This document shows, piece after piece, positions 27,439 to 38,700 of a stretch of 64,000 nt of DNA (positions within the stretch are counted from its first letter, which is position 1; each line of letters opens with the position of its first letter). This stretch comes from an uncultured Gemmatimonadales bacterium. GTDB taxonomy: Bacteria; Gemmatimonadota; Gemmatimonadetes; Gemmatimonadales; GWC2-71-9. The notes below the pieces were generated by a model. It had not been told where the DNA came from and did not search any database. It saw only the letters and a list, made by a program, of their open reading frames with translations. The stretch spans positions 122,460 to 186,459 of the forward strand of contig CAVYSW010000005.1 in assembly GCA_963771275.1 (NCBI GenBank). The letters are read 5' to 3'. A program made the position numbers and the translations under genes.

Positions 27439-29613
27439 GTGCTGATGGCGCGTCGGCAGGGCGTCACGCTGCGGGGGCTCGTCGCGCCCGGTGTCGTGGT
27501 GGCCCTGGCCTGGGCGGTCACCCCCGCCCGCGCCCAGACGGCCGCGATCACCGGGACGGTGCAGAATGCCGAGACGGGCACCCCGGTCGTCGGGGCCACG
27601 GTGTTGCTGCCGGGAACGCCCTTCAGCGCCACCACGGACGAGCGGGGCGAGTTCACGCTCGAGCGCCTGGCGGCTGGGCGGTACCGGTTGCAGGCTGTGG
27701 CGATCGGCTACTCGCCCGACAGCGTGCCCGCCATCCAGCTGGCGGAGGGTGAGCGCCGCTCGGTCACGATGACCCTGCACCGCGTGCCGCTGCTGCTCCA
27801 GGACATCGTCGTCACCGCCAGCCGGATCGCGGAGAAGAGCGAGGAGTCGATCGTCAGCATCGCGGCGCTCCCGGCCCGGGACATCGTCGCGCGGAACATC
27901 TCGACGCTCGATCAGGCGCTGGTGTACGTGCCGGGCGTGACGTTCAACAACAACGAGCAACTCGACATCCGTGGCGCCGCCGGCATGTCGCGGGGGGTCG
28001 GGAGCCGCGTGCTGATGCTGCTCGACGGGCACCCGATTCTGAGCGGCGACGGCGGCGAGATCGACTTCGGCAGCCTCCCGCTGCTGGATCTCGACCGCGT
28101 CGAGGTGGTGAAGGGGGCCTACTCCGCCGCCTACGGCAGCAACGCGCTGGGGGGGGTGGTCAACCTCGTGACAAAGCCCGTGGGGCTCTCTCCCGAGACG
28201 ATCTTCCGCGCGCGCGGCGAGACCTACAACTACCAGTCGCAGTACAAGTGGGCCGATGGCCGGCAGGGCGCGATCAGCCTGGGCGTTCAGCATTCCCGCC
28301 GTCTGGGCTCGCTCGGCGCCCGCGTCTACGTCGGGTACGACGATACCGACGGCTTCGCGCAGAACGGCGAGGCGCAGCGCTGGCTCGGACGGTTGAAGCT
28401 CGATGCGCCGAACGACCGGCACCCGTGGGATCTGTATGCGGTCGTGACCCGGGAGCGGGCCGGCGAATCGTTCGTCTGGCGGTCCCCCGACCAGCCGTAT
28501 GAAGTCCCCGCCGACGCGGTCGGCGACTACACGATCTTCTACCAGGCGCTCACCGGCGCGACGGTGACGCCGGTGGCGCGCGGCGCGACCCTGTTCCGCC
28601 TGAGTCCCTACTTCAACGTCAGCACGATCACCAACTACTTCCACGACAACAGCGACTGGCACACCGCCGTGAAGCCGGGTCTCCTCGCCCAGCTCTCGTG
28701 GAACCAGGGTGAGCACCACGCGCTCAGCGTGGGCCTCGACGGCGCCCGCACCTGGGTGCGCTCCAATTTCCTCGGCCAGCCCAGGCTGCTCGATGTGGCC
28801 GCGTTCGCGCAGGACGAGGTGCAGCTCACGCCGGCGCTGAAGACCTCGCTGGGATTGCGGCTCGACCGTCACAGCGTGGATAGCAGCCGGACCGAGCTGA
28901 CCCTGAGCCCCAAGATCGGCGCCGCACTCCGCGTGGCGCCGCGCGCCACGATTCGTGCGTCGGTCGGCGCCGGCTACCGCGCCCCGAGCGCGATCGAGCA
29001 GTTTGTCTCGTCCGTCCAGTTCGGGTTTGAGGTCGTGCCGAACCCCGCGCTGCGCGGCGAGCACGCATGGTCGGGCGAGGTGGGCACCACGGTCACCGTG
29101 CTCGATCAAGTGCGGCTGGACGCGGCCCTGTTCGGCAGCGTCTACCACGATCTCATCGGGCCGGGTCCGGCGCCCGGGCGGCCGTTCGTCTTCCAGTTCC
29201 AGAACATCGCGCGGGCGCGCATCGCCGGTGCGGATGTGGGAATCGACGCACAGGTCATCCCCAAGCGCCTCGAGGTACAGGGCACCTACATGTATCTCGA
29301 TACGCAGGACCGCGACACGGGACTGCCGCTCCCCTACCGGTCCCGCCACAACTTCACCGGCACCCTCACCGCCTTTGAGGGCCTCGCAGGCCTCGATCTG
29401 CGGTATCGCAGCCGCGTGGAGCAGGTGCTGGCCTACCCCCTCGACCAGCGGTCTGCCATGGCGGTCGTGGACCTGCGCTTCGGCTACCGGGTACTCGGCA
29501 TGCTGTGGCAGCTCAAGGTGGCGAACGTCTTCAACCGATTCTACGTCGACGTCCAGGAGCGCAAAGCGGGGGCGCCGCGCAGCTTCGCGGTCACCGCGAT
29601 GCACGGCTTCTAG
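27439..29613 (+). CDS. TonB-dependent receptor
   Basis: TTDERGEF, IVVTASR, IRG, RVEVVKGAYSAAYGSNALGGVVN, C-terminal F. Confidence 0.93.
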   Translation: MLMARRQGVTLRGLVAPGVVVALAWAVTPARAQTAAITGTVQNAETGTPVVGATVLLPGTPFSATTDERGEFTLERLAAGRYRLQAVAIGYSPDSVPAIQLAEGERRSVTMTLHRVPLLLQDIVVTASRIAEKSEESIVSIAALPARDIVARNISTLDQALVYVPGVTFNNNEQLDIRGAAGMSRGVGSRVLMLLDGHPILSGDGGEIDFGSLPLLDLDRVEVVKGAYSAAYGSNALGGVVNLVTKPVGLSPETIFRARGETYNYQSQYKWADGRQGAISLGVQHSRRLGSLGARVYVGYDDTDGFAQNGEAQRWLGRLKLDAPNDRHPWDLYAVVTRERAGESFVWRSPDQPYEVPADAVGDYTIFYQALTGATVTPVARGATLFRLSPYFNVSTITNYFHDNSDWHTAVKPGLLAQLSWNQGEHHALSVGLDGARTWVRSNFLGQPRLLDVAAFAQDEVQLTPALKTSLGLRLDRHSVDSSRTELTLSPKIGAALRVAPRATIRASVGAGYRAPSAIEQFVSSVQFGFEVVPNPALRGEHAWSGEVGTTVTVLDQVRLDAALFGSVYHDLIGPGPAPGRPFVFQFQNIARARIAGADVGIDAQVIPKRLEVQGTYMYLDTQDRDTGLPLPYRSRHNFTGTLTAFEGLAGLDLRYRSRVEQVLAYPLDQRSAMAVVDLRFGYRVLGMLWQLKVANVFNRFYVDVQERKAGAPRSFAVTAMHGF

Positions 29614-29738
29614 TCGTCGACGCGACGTCGCCACCCACGCGCGGCTCCCGGACCCTGCCGTCCGGCGGCCCCCCTAGCGACATTAGGTGGTCGCGACGAC
29701 CGGGGTCCGGTCGCGCCCGTCCCTCACCTGAGATACCC

Positions 29739-31916
29739 ATGCGTCTCCGAATTCCCGTCTGGTCTTCGCTCGCCGCCGCGACCCTGAGCGCCGCGACCGG
29801 CTGCGCGCCCGCCTCGGTCCCGCCCCAGGCGCCGCGTCCGGCCGTTGCCCGCGTGGACACGGTCCGCGTGGTCGACACCACCACGCCGCGGCCCGCGGTT
29901 CCCGATACCGCGCTGCAGGCCGGGCGGTTCGATAACGGCAAGATGTGGACGTTCGAGTATCCCCCGATGGGCTACTTCCGGGAGACGTACGGGTTTGCGC
30001 CCGACTCCGTGTGGTTCCGCACGGCTCGCCTCGGCGCGCTGCGCCTCCCCAACTGCACCGCCTCGTTCGTGTCGTCCACGGGCCTGGTGCTCACGAATCA
30101 CCACTGCGCGCGCGAGAGCGTGGTGGAGGTGACGAAGCCGGGCGAGAAGCTCCAGGACGACGGGTTCTACGCGGCGACGCTCGCCGACGAGCGGCCGGTG
30201 CAAGGGCTGTTCGCCGACCAGTTGATCGCGATCCGGGACATCTCGGCGGAGCTCGACACCGTGTCGGACGCCGGACGCGAGGCCGCGATGCAGGCGATCG
30301 CCGAGCGCATGACGCAGGAGCTCGGCGGGGACTCCGCGGGGATCGTCGTGGAGCCGGTGGCGCTGTGGAATGGCGCCCGGACGTCGGCGTATGTGTTTCG
30401 CCGGTTCAAGGACCTGCGGCTCGTCATGACCCCCGAGATCCAGGTCGGGTTCTTCGGCGGCGACCCGGACAACTTCACGTACCCGCGCTACGACGTGGAC
30501 ATGTCGTTCTTCCGGGTGTACGTGGACGGCAAGCCGTACCACCCCGACGTGTTCTTCCCGTGGAGTGCCACAGGGGTGGGGGACGGCGATCCGATCTTCG
30601 TGATCGGCAACCCGGGGTCCACCAGCCGCCTGCAGACGGTGGCGCAGCTGGCGTTCCGCCGCGACCTGGGCGACAAGGCGCTGCTCGAGTTCCTCACCAG
30701 CCGGATCGCCGTACTGCAGCGCTTCGCGGAGGCAAACCCGGCCCAGGCGGAATCGATCGACGTCCGCAACCGGCTTTTCGACCTGTCGAACTCGCAGAAG
30801 TCGTACGCCGGCATGTGGCGCGGGCTGCAAGACCCCGTGATCATGGCGCGCCGGGCGGATGCGGAGCGCAAGTTCCAGGCGGCGATCGACGCCGATTCCG
30901 CGCTCAAGGCGCGCTACGGCGACCTCATCGCCCGCATGGCCACGGTGCAGCAGGACAAGCGCCAGTACGCCTCGGACGTCGCGGCGCTGGCGGCGTTCGG
31001 CGCGCCCAACTGGATGGGCGCGGCCCTGATGCGGGGCATCTTCGCGTTCCAGTACCTCAACGGGCGGAAGGGCGGTGCCGCGCCGCAGATGCTGAGTCAG
31101 GTCGCCGAGCGGCTGAAGGGCGTCGGGCAGGAGCCCGCGGGGCTGCAGGAGGGCTTCCTGGCCGCGCGCCTCGCCGATCTCCAGCGGGCGTGGGGCGATA
31201 CCAGCGCGACGGTGCGGCAGCTGCTTGCCGGGGCGACGCCGGCGGCACGCGCGCACGCGATCATCGCGGGGTCGGTGCTCGCCGATTCCGCGGCCGCGGT
31301 GGCCGCGCTCGAGGCCGGCACCGTGGCGGATACGGACCCGGCCGTCGTGGCGGCGGGGGTCATGCTGCAGCGGTATTTCGCCTACCAGGGCGCGTTCGGC
31401 CGGCTCAATCAACAGGAGGAGACGATCGCGCGGGAGCTGGGCCGCGCCCATTTCGCGGTCTACGGCACCACCGAGCCGCCGGACGCCACGTTTTCGCTGC
31501 GCCTCGCCGACGGTTTCGTGCGCGGGTACGAGTACAACGGGACTCTGGCGCCGACCTACACGACGTTCTACGGCATGTACGATCGCTATCACTCCTTCGG
31601 CAGCGGCAGCGACTGGGACCTGCCTGCCCGCTGGCGGAAGCCACCGGCGGCGTTCGACCTCGGCACCCCGCTCAACTTCGTTTCCACGGCGGACATCATC
31701 GGTGGCAACTCGGGGTCGCCGGTGCTCAACCGCAAGCTGGAGCTGGTCGGGCTCATCTTCGACGGCAACATCGAGAGCCTGCCGGGCGACTACATCTATC
31801 TGCCCGAGAAGAACCGGGCCGTCGCGGTGGACGCGCGTGGCATCATGGAGGTCCTGCGGGATCTCTACGGCGCGAAGCGGCTCGTGGACGAGCTCGCGGG
31901 TGGCGCCAAGCGCTAG
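29739..31916 (+). CDS. S46 family dipeptidyl peptidase
   Basis: GKMW, CTASFVS, TNHHC, DNFTYPR, DIIGGNSGSP, FDGN. Confidence 0.93.
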   Translation: MRLRIPVWSSLAAATLSAATGCAPASVPPQAPRPAVARVDTVRVVDTTTPRPAVPDTALQAGRFDNGKMWTFEYPPMGYFRETYGFAPDSVWFRTARLGALRLPNCTASFVSSTGLVLTNHHCARESVVEVTKPGEKLQDDGFYAATLADERPVQGLFADQLIAIRDISAELDTVSDAGREAAMQAIAERMTQELGGDSAGIVVEPVALWNGARTSAYVFRRFKDLRLVMTPEIQVGFFGGDPDNFTYPRYDVDMSFFRVYVDGKPYHPDVFFPWSATGVGDGDPIFVIGNPGSTSRLQTVAQLAFRRDLGDKALLEFLTSRIAVLQRFAEANPAQAESIDVRNRLFDLSNSQKSYAGMWRGLQDPVIMARRADAERKFQAAIDADSALKARYGDLIARMATVQQDKRQYASDVAALAAFGAPNWMGAALMRGIFAFQYLNGRKGGAAPQMLSQVAERLKGVGQEPAGLQEGFLAARLADLQRAWGDTSATVRQLLAGATPAARAHAIIAGSVLADSAAAVAALEAGTVADTDPAVVAAGVMLQRYFAYQGAFGRLNQQEETIARELGRAHFAVYGTTEPPDATFSLRLADGFVRGYEYNGTLAPTYTTFYGMYDRYHSFGSGSDWDLPARWRKPPAAFDLGTPLNFVSTADIIGGNSGSPVLNRKLELVGLIFDGNIESLPGDYIYLPEKNRAVAVDARGIMEVLRDLYGAKRLVDELAGGAKR

Positions 31917-31928
31917 CCCGGAGGACCG

Positions 31929-33065
31929 ATGCGACCATTGCGAACCCGCACGCCGTGGGCACTGCTGCTCGCCCTCGGGTGCCACACCGCCCGGCATCCA
32001 GCCATGCCCATGACGTCCGAGCAACCCTGGGGACATCTGCCCGACGGCACCGCGGTCACGCTCTACACGCTGCGGAACGCCCACGGCCTGCGTGCGGACA
32101 TCAGCAACTACGGCGGCATCGTCACGCGCCTCCTGGTGCCGGATCGGGGAGGCACGGTCGCCGACGTGGTGCTGGGGTACGACTCGCTCGCGGACTACCT
32201 CAGGGGCTCGCCCTACTTCGGCGCGATCGTGGGCCGCTACGGCAACCGGATCGCGCAGGGGACCTTCACGCTGGACGGGGTGCGGTACACGCTCGCCGTG
32301 AACAACGGACCGAACGCGTTGCACGGCGGCCTCAAGGGCTTCGACAAGGTGGTGTGGCAGGCCGAGCCGTACGCGGACTCGACGGAATCCGGGTTGCGCC
32401 TGCACTACGTGAGCCCCGATGGCGAGGAAGGCTACCCGGGCCGCCTCGACGTCCGGGTGACCTACGCGCTGACCAACGACAACGCCCTGCGCATCGACTA
32501 TCACCTCACCACCGATCGGCCGACGATCCACAACGTCACCCACCACGGCTACTTCAACCTCGCCGGCCACGCGTCGGGCGACATCCTGGGCCAGGAGCTG
32601 ATGCTGAACGCGGACCGCTTCACGCCGGTGGACTCGACCCTGATCCCCACGGGCGCGCTGCGGGAGGTGGCGGGCACGCCGTTCGATTTCCGGGCTCCGA
32701 CGGCGATCGGCGCCAGGATCGCGGCGGATGACGAGCAGATCCGGTATGGCGGCGGCTACGATCACAACTTCGTGCTGAACGGCGCGGCCGGCACGCTGCG
32801 CCTCGTCGGCCGCGTGCGGGACCCGCAGAGCGGCCGCGTGATGGAGGTCTCCACGACCGAGCCGGGCGTGCAGTTCTACTCGGGCAACTTCCTCGACGGC
32901 AGCAACGTGGGGAAGGGTGGTGCGCGCTACGAGCATCGTGCCGGCTTCTGCCTCGAGACGCAGCACTTTCCAGACTCCCCAAATCACGCCGAGTTCCCGT
33001 CCACCGTGCTCCGGCCCGGTGAGGAGTATCGCTCGACCACGGTGTACACGTTCCTGGCCCGGTGA
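31929..33065 (+). CDS. galM: Aldose 1-epimerase (galactose mutarotase)
   Basis: GRYGNRI, LHGG, EEGYPG, HGYFNL, YDHNF, CLETQHFPD. Confidence 0.93.
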   Translation: MRPLRTRTPWALLLALGCHTARHPAMPMTSEQPWGHLPDGTAVTLYTLRNAHGLRADISNYGGIVTRLLVPDRGGTVADVVLGYDSLADYLRGSPYFGAIVGRYGNRIAQGTFTLDGVRYTLAVNNGPNALHGGLKGFDKVVWQAEPYADSTESGLRLHYVSPDGEEGYPGRLDVRVTYALTNDNALRIDYHLTTDRPTIHNVTHHGYFNLAGHASGDILGQELMLNADRFTPVDSTLIPTGALREVAGTPFDFRAPTAIGARIAADDEQIRYGGGYDHNFVLNGAAGTLRLVGRVRDPQSGRVMEVSTTEPGVQFYSGNFLDGSNVGKGGARYEHRAGFCLETQHFPDSPNHAEFPSTVLRPGEEYRSTTVYTFLAR

Positions 33066-33126
33066 GGCGACCCGTGGCGCGGTGCGGCCCTACGCCCCCC
33101 TCGTCCATGGCGCCCGGTCTCCGCTC

Positions 33127-35592
33127 ATGAGACGCTTCGTCACCGTCCTGGCCATCGTGGCCATCGGCGCCTGTGCGCCGACGCCGGCCTGGCAGCCCGC
33201 ACGCGCCCCGCTCATGACCCGCTGGGCGGTCGAGGTGTCGCCCACGAATGCGCATCCCGAGTACCCGCGGCCGCTGATGCGCCGCGACGTGTGGCAGAAC
33301 CTGAACGGGCTCTGGGAGTACGCCGTGACGCCGCGCGACAGCCAGCCGGCGTCCTACACCGGTTGGCTGCTGGTGCCGTACCCGATCGAGTCGGCGCTCT
33401 CGGGCGTGCGGGATTCGGTGGGACCGTCGCGCACGCTGTGGTACCGCCGGACGTTCGCCGTACCGGCGTCGTGGCGCGGCCAGCGCGTTTTGCTCCATTT
33501 CGGCGCCGTGGACTGGGAGACGCGCGTCTGGGTGAACGGCACGGAGATCGGCAGCCACCAGGGCGGCTACGACCCGTTCACGCTCGACATCACCGCGGCG
33601 CTGCGCGGCGGTGGGCGGGGGGATCTGGTCGTCGCCGTCTGGGATCCCACCGACGCGGGTACCCAGGCGCGTGGCAAGCAGGTGCGCGAGCCGCGGAGCA
33701 TCTTCTACACGTCCGTCACCGGCATCTGGCAGACGGTGTGGCTGGAGCCGGTCCCCCCGGCCGCTATTTTCGACTACGTCGCGACCCCGGATGTCGACCG
33801 CGCGCGTGTGCTCGTGACGGTGCGGGCACAAGGGGCGGACCCCGGCGATCGCGTGGTGGCCATCCTCGCGGCGAGCGCCACGGAGGTCGCGCGCGAGCTG
33901 GGCGAGCCCGGGAAGGCCATCACGCTCCGCGTGCCCGATCCGCGCCTGTGGTCGCCGGACGATCCGTTCCTCTACGATCTCGATCTGCGGCTCGTGCGTG
34001 GCGATACCGTGCTGGATCGGGTCACGGGCTACGTCGGGCTGCGCAAGATCGCCGTGGGCCACGACGCGCGCGGGGTCACACGGCTGCTGCTCAACGACCG
34101 ATTCGTGTTCCAGAGCGGTCCGCTCGACCAGGGATACTGGCCCGATGGGCTGTACACGGCGCCGACCGAGGAGGCGATGGTCTCCGACCTCCGGACCCTG
34201 AAGGCCATGGGCTTCAACATGCTGCGAAAGCACGTGAAGGTGGAGCCGCAGACCTACTACGCCTGGTGCGATCGGTTGGGGATCCTCGTCTGGCAGGACA
34301 TGCCGAGTGCGTCGATTCCGCTCGCGGGCGAGGACGCGGACCGGGCCACCGACACGGCGGCGACGCGCCAATTCGAGGCCGAGCTGGTGCGCATGATCCG
34401 GACGCACGTGAACCATCCGAGCATCGTCATGTGGGTCCCGTTCAACGAGGGCTGGGGCCAGTACGATACGCGACGGATCGCCGCCCTCGTGCGCGCCACG
34501 GACCCCACCCGCCTGGTGGACGCGGCGAGCGGCTGGTACGATCGTGGCACGGGGGACGTGGTGGACATCCACACCTATCCCGATCCGCGGCCCCCGCGGC
34601 CGGAGCGATCGCGGGCCGCGGTGCTCGGCGAGTACGGCGGGCTCGGCTTCAATGCGTCGGGCCACATGTGGCGCGCCACTGGGTGGGGCTACGCGCTGTT
34701 CGCCGACCGCGAAGCGCTCACCGAGCGGTTCGAGGACTTCTTCCGGGTGCTGCGCGCCGCGGCGGCGGACAGTGGGCTCAGCGCCGCCGTGTACACGCAG
34801 ACGAGCGACATCGAGACCGAGAACAACGGGTTGCTCACCTATGACCGCGCCGAGGCCAAGATCGATCTGACAGCCGTGTCGCTGGCGCAGCGCGGCTACG
34901 CCGCGCCGCGCGCGCAGTCACGCGCCCCGATCTTCGTCGACCGGATGGCGGTGGAGCTGCGCACGTTCCGGCCCGGGGCGCAGATCCGCTACACGGCGGA
35001 CTCGGCCGCCGACATGGAGACGTGGGCCGCGTACCGCGGCCCGATCGACCTGAGCGAGACCACGGCGATCCGGGCGCAGGCGTTCTGGGCGGAAGGGGCC
35101 GCGAGCCGGGTGAGCACGTTCCACTTCGCGAAGGTGACGCCGCATCCCGCGACCGCGGTGGCCGGCGGCGAGCCGGGCCTGGCCGTGGACGCCTACGAGC
35201 AGGACGGAAGCTGGCGCGCCCTGCCGGACTTCGGCGCGCTCACGCCGGTGCGCACCGGTGTCGCGCGACGCATCGATCTTGCGGCGGCGCCGCGTCACGA
35301 CAACGTGGGGCTCCGGTTCCGCGGCCACCTCCGCGTGCCGCGGACCGGCGTCTACGGCTTCCACCTCACGTCGGACGACGGCAGCCGGCTGATCGTGGAC
35401 GACAGCGTGGTGGTGGACCACGATGGGGTGCACGGCGCCTCCGAGCGCTCCGGCTGGGTCGCCCTCGAGGCCGGTTTCCATTCGATCGAGCTGCGGTTCT
35501 TCCAGGGGCGCGGTGGCGTGGCGCTCGATGTGAAGCTCGAAGGGCCCGACCTGTCGCCGCGCGAGATCCCAGCCGGCTGGTTGTTCCGGTAG
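33127..35592 (+). CDS. Glycoside hydrolase family 2 with C-terminal PA14 domain
   Basis: LHFGAVDW, RGKQ, GIWQTVW, GPLDQGYWPDG, WQDMP, PFNEGWG, GEYGG; PA14 LTSDDGS. Confidence 0.9.
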   Translation: MRRFVTVLAIVAIGACAPTPAWQPARAPLMTRWAVEVSPTNAHPEYPRPLMRRDVWQNLNGLWEYAVTPRDSQPASYTGWLLVPYPIESALSGVRDSVGPSRTLWYRRTFAVPASWRGQRVLLHFGAVDWETRVWVNGTEIGSHQGGYDPFTLDITAALRGGGRGDLVVAVWDPTDAGTQARGKQVREPRSIFYTSVTGIWQTVWLEPVPPAAIFDYVATPDVDRARVLVTVRAQGADPGDRVVAILAASATEVARELGEPGKAITLRVPDPRLWSPDDPFLYDLDLRLVRGDTVLDRVTGYVGLRKIAVGHDARGVTRLLLNDRFVFQSGPLDQGYWPDGLYTAPTEEAMVSDLRTLKAMGFNMLRKHVKVEPQTYYAWCDRLGILVWQDMPSASIPLAGEDADRATDTAATRQFEAELVRMIRTHVNHPSIVMWVPFNEGWGQYDTRRIAALVRATDPTRLVDAASGWYDRGTGDVVDIHTYPDPRPPRPERSRAAVLGEYGGLGFNASGHMWRATGWGYALFADREALTERFEDFFRVLRAAAADSGLSAAVYTQTSDIETENNGLLTYDRAEAKIDLTAVSLAQRGYAAPRAQSRAPIFVDRMAVELRTFRPGAQIRYTADSAADMETWAAYRGPIDLSETTAIRAQAFWAEGAASRVSTFHFAKVTPHPATAVAGGEPGLAVDAYEQDGSWRALPDFGALTPVRTGVARRIDLAAAPRHDNVGLRFRGHLRVPRTGVYGFHLTSDDGSRLIVDDSVVVDHDGVHGASERSGWVALEAGFHSIELRFFQGRGGVALDVKLEGPDLSPREIPAGWLFR

Positions 35593-35737
35593 TCCTCGCG
35601 CCGCCAACCCCGGCTCATCCAGCCGGTCAGCCCGCATCGCGCGCGGGTCGCCGCCGGGCCGAGGCTGCCATCTCCGGCTCGCGGGCTCGTGCCGGCCCGC
35701 CCATCTTCCTGCATCACGACAGACCGCGGAGCATCCG

Positions 35738-38700
35738 ATGAAGCAGCGGGGCGGGCGACCGGGCGGCATGGCGGGGTGGTGGAGGGCTGTGGGGTGGCAC
35801 GGCGTCGTGCCGGCGGCCGCCGTGTGGATGGCGGTGGGGGCCCCGCTGGCGGCGCAAACCACTCGCGTCGACCTCCCCACGTCCTACCTCGCGGGGTACG
35901 TGGCTCCCGTCTCCGGCGAGGTGCTGGCCTACCACTCACCGATCCCCAGCGTTGGCCACTCCCTGCTGGTCCGTTCGGAGGACAGTACCCGCGCGATCAC
36001 GTGGGTGACGGCCCCGGTGCCGACCGCGTTCGCCGGCGATACGGCCGTGTTCGTGCTGATGGCCGGGATCGACGTCAACGAGGACCGCAGGGCGTTCACG
36101 CTCACGATCGACGGCCGGCTGGCGCTCACGTTCTTCACGCCGCCCAGCGCGGGGCTCGGAACCATGGCGTGGACCGGACCGGCGGGGGTGCGCGCCGACT
36201 TTCGCGTGACGCTGATGGACAAGTACGGCGACGCGATGGGCTACCTGTTCCTGCGCGTCCCCCGCCGCCTGCTGCGGCCGGGCGCGCCCCTCCGGCTCGC
36301 GGTGGCGGGCGAGAGCGCGGGTCGCCGCACTTGGTTCATGGTGTTCATGGAGCCGATCACGCCACGCGTCGAGTTCCGCAACGCGCCGGCCGTGGTGCGT
36401 GCCCCGGAGGGCGAGCGCCAGGCGCTGCGGGTGGACGTGCTCTACCTCGGCGAGCGAGGGCGCCTGCACGTCGCGAGCCCGGGCGGGACGCGCGATACGA
36501 CCCTCGGCCTCGGGTTCACCCGACTCCAGCTCGTCGTGCCCGCGGTGCGGGAGCCGACCGCCATGCCGCTCGACCTGACCGTGGACGGGCGGCCGGCCGC
36601 CGCGCAATACGTCGTGCAGCCGGTGCGCCGCCTCGACCTCTACCTCATCCACCACACGCATCTGGACATTGGCTACACCAACCGGCAGGACGAAGTCGAG
36701 CGGATGCACTGGCAGCACCTCGAGCACGCGCTCGCGTACGGGGCGGCGAGCGACACCTTCCCCGCGGGCGAGCGGTTCGTGTGGCATCCCGAGGGCCTGT
36801 GGGCGGTAGAGTCGTATCTGGCGACGCACGGCCCGGCCGAGCAGGCGCGGCTGATCGCGGGAATCCAACGCGGGTGGATCCATCTGGACGGGCTGTTCGC
36901 CAACCTGCTCACCGGGCTCGCCACCGAGGAAGGACTCGACCGTGCGCTGGAGGCCGGGCGTCGCCTGGCGGCGCGGACGGGCGTGCCGATCGTCTCCGCG
37001 ATGACGAGCGACATTCCCGGGTTCAGCTGGGGGCTGGTGCCCGCGCTGGCGCGCTCGGGCATCCGCTACCTCTCGATCGGCCCGAATCAGGGGCACCGCA
37101 TCGGGTCGTTCCTCAGGGTGTGGGGCGACCGCCCGTTCTACTGGGAGTCGGCGTCCGGCCGAGAACGCGTGCTCACCTGGGTGCACGGCGCGGGCTATTC
37201 CTGGTTCCACACCGGGCTCGGCTACGAGCGCCTCACCACCATTCTCGATGAGGAGAGTGTCTTCCGCTACCTCGACCAGCTCGACGAGACGCAGTACCCG
37301 TACGCCATCGCCGCGCTGCGCTACAACATCGGCTCGGACAACGGCCCGCCGGACTCCACCCTGGCCAACGCCGTGCGCTCGTGGAACGAGCGGTACGCGT
37401 CGCCGCGGCTCGTCATCGGGACGACGACGGGCCTGTTCGAGGCGTTTGAGCGCCGCTACGGGGCCGGCCTGCCGGTGGTACGCGGCGACCTCACCGGCTA
37501 CTGGGAGGACGGCGCCGCGTCATCCGCCCGGGAGACCGGGCTGATCCGGCGCACCGCCGAATCGCTCACGGAGACCGAGCGGCTCGCCGGGCAGCTCGGG
37601 GTCGCCCTGGATGCGAATGCGGTGTACGCCGCCTGGCGGCAGGTCCTGCTGTTCTACGAGCACACCTGGGGATCGTGGAACAGCATCAGCGAGCCGGACA
37701 TCCCGTTCACCCGGGAGCAATGGGAGCGCAAGAAGGCGTTCGCGGATTCGGCGGCGGCGCTGGCGGATCGGCTGCGCGCCACGGCGCTGCGCGGCCGGCC
37801 GCGTCCGGCCGGGACGGTCGAGGTGCTGAATCCGTCCGACTGGCCGCGCTCCGAGTTGGTGCTGCTGGACGACACGACGCGCTCGGGCGGACGCGTGCTG
37901 GACGAGACGGGCGCCGTCGTCCCGTCACAGCGCCTGGCGTCGGGCGAGCTGGCGTTCGTGGCGGCGGTCCCGGCCCGCGGCGCACGGCGCTACCGCGTGA
38001 CGGTGGGTCGGGCGGACCGGGCCGGCGCCGTGCCGCCGGCGCCCGTGCTGGACAACGGCGTGATACGACTCGAGCTGGAGCCGGCGCGTGGCACGATCCG
38101 CTCGTTGCGACGGGCCGGGGAGCGCGAGCTGGTCCCGGCCGGCGAGGGGCTGGGCGAGTACCTCTATGTCCCGGGGCGGAACCCGCGCGACGCGGAGCCG
38201 TCGGGGAGGGCCCACGTCACGGTGGTGGATGCCGGCCCGGTGGTGTGGACGGCCCTGAGCCGGGCGCCCGCGCCGGGGACGACGGGGGCGGTCGAGACGC
38301 GCGTGCGCCTGGTGGCTGGGAGCGATCGCATCGAGATCGTCAACCGCTTCGACAAGCGCCTGGTCTATGCGCCCGAAGCCGTGCTGGTGCGCTTCCCGCT
38401 GGCGCTGGACGGCGCCGAGACCCGCATCAGCGCGCCGTTCGGCGCCTACACCGCCGAGCGGGAGCAGGCGCCCGGCGCCAACCGCAACTACTTCAGCGTG
38501 GAGCGCTGGGTCGATCAGCACGACGCGACCGCGGGCCTGACGCTCGTCAGCATCGACGTCCCGGTCCTCGAGCTGGGCTCGATCGGCACCGACGCCGTCG
38601 TCGCCGGCTGGCGGGACCGCGTGGATCCCGCGCCCGTGCTGTTCTCCTACGTCATGAACAACTACTGGGAGACGAACTACCGCGCCGGACAGGATGGGTC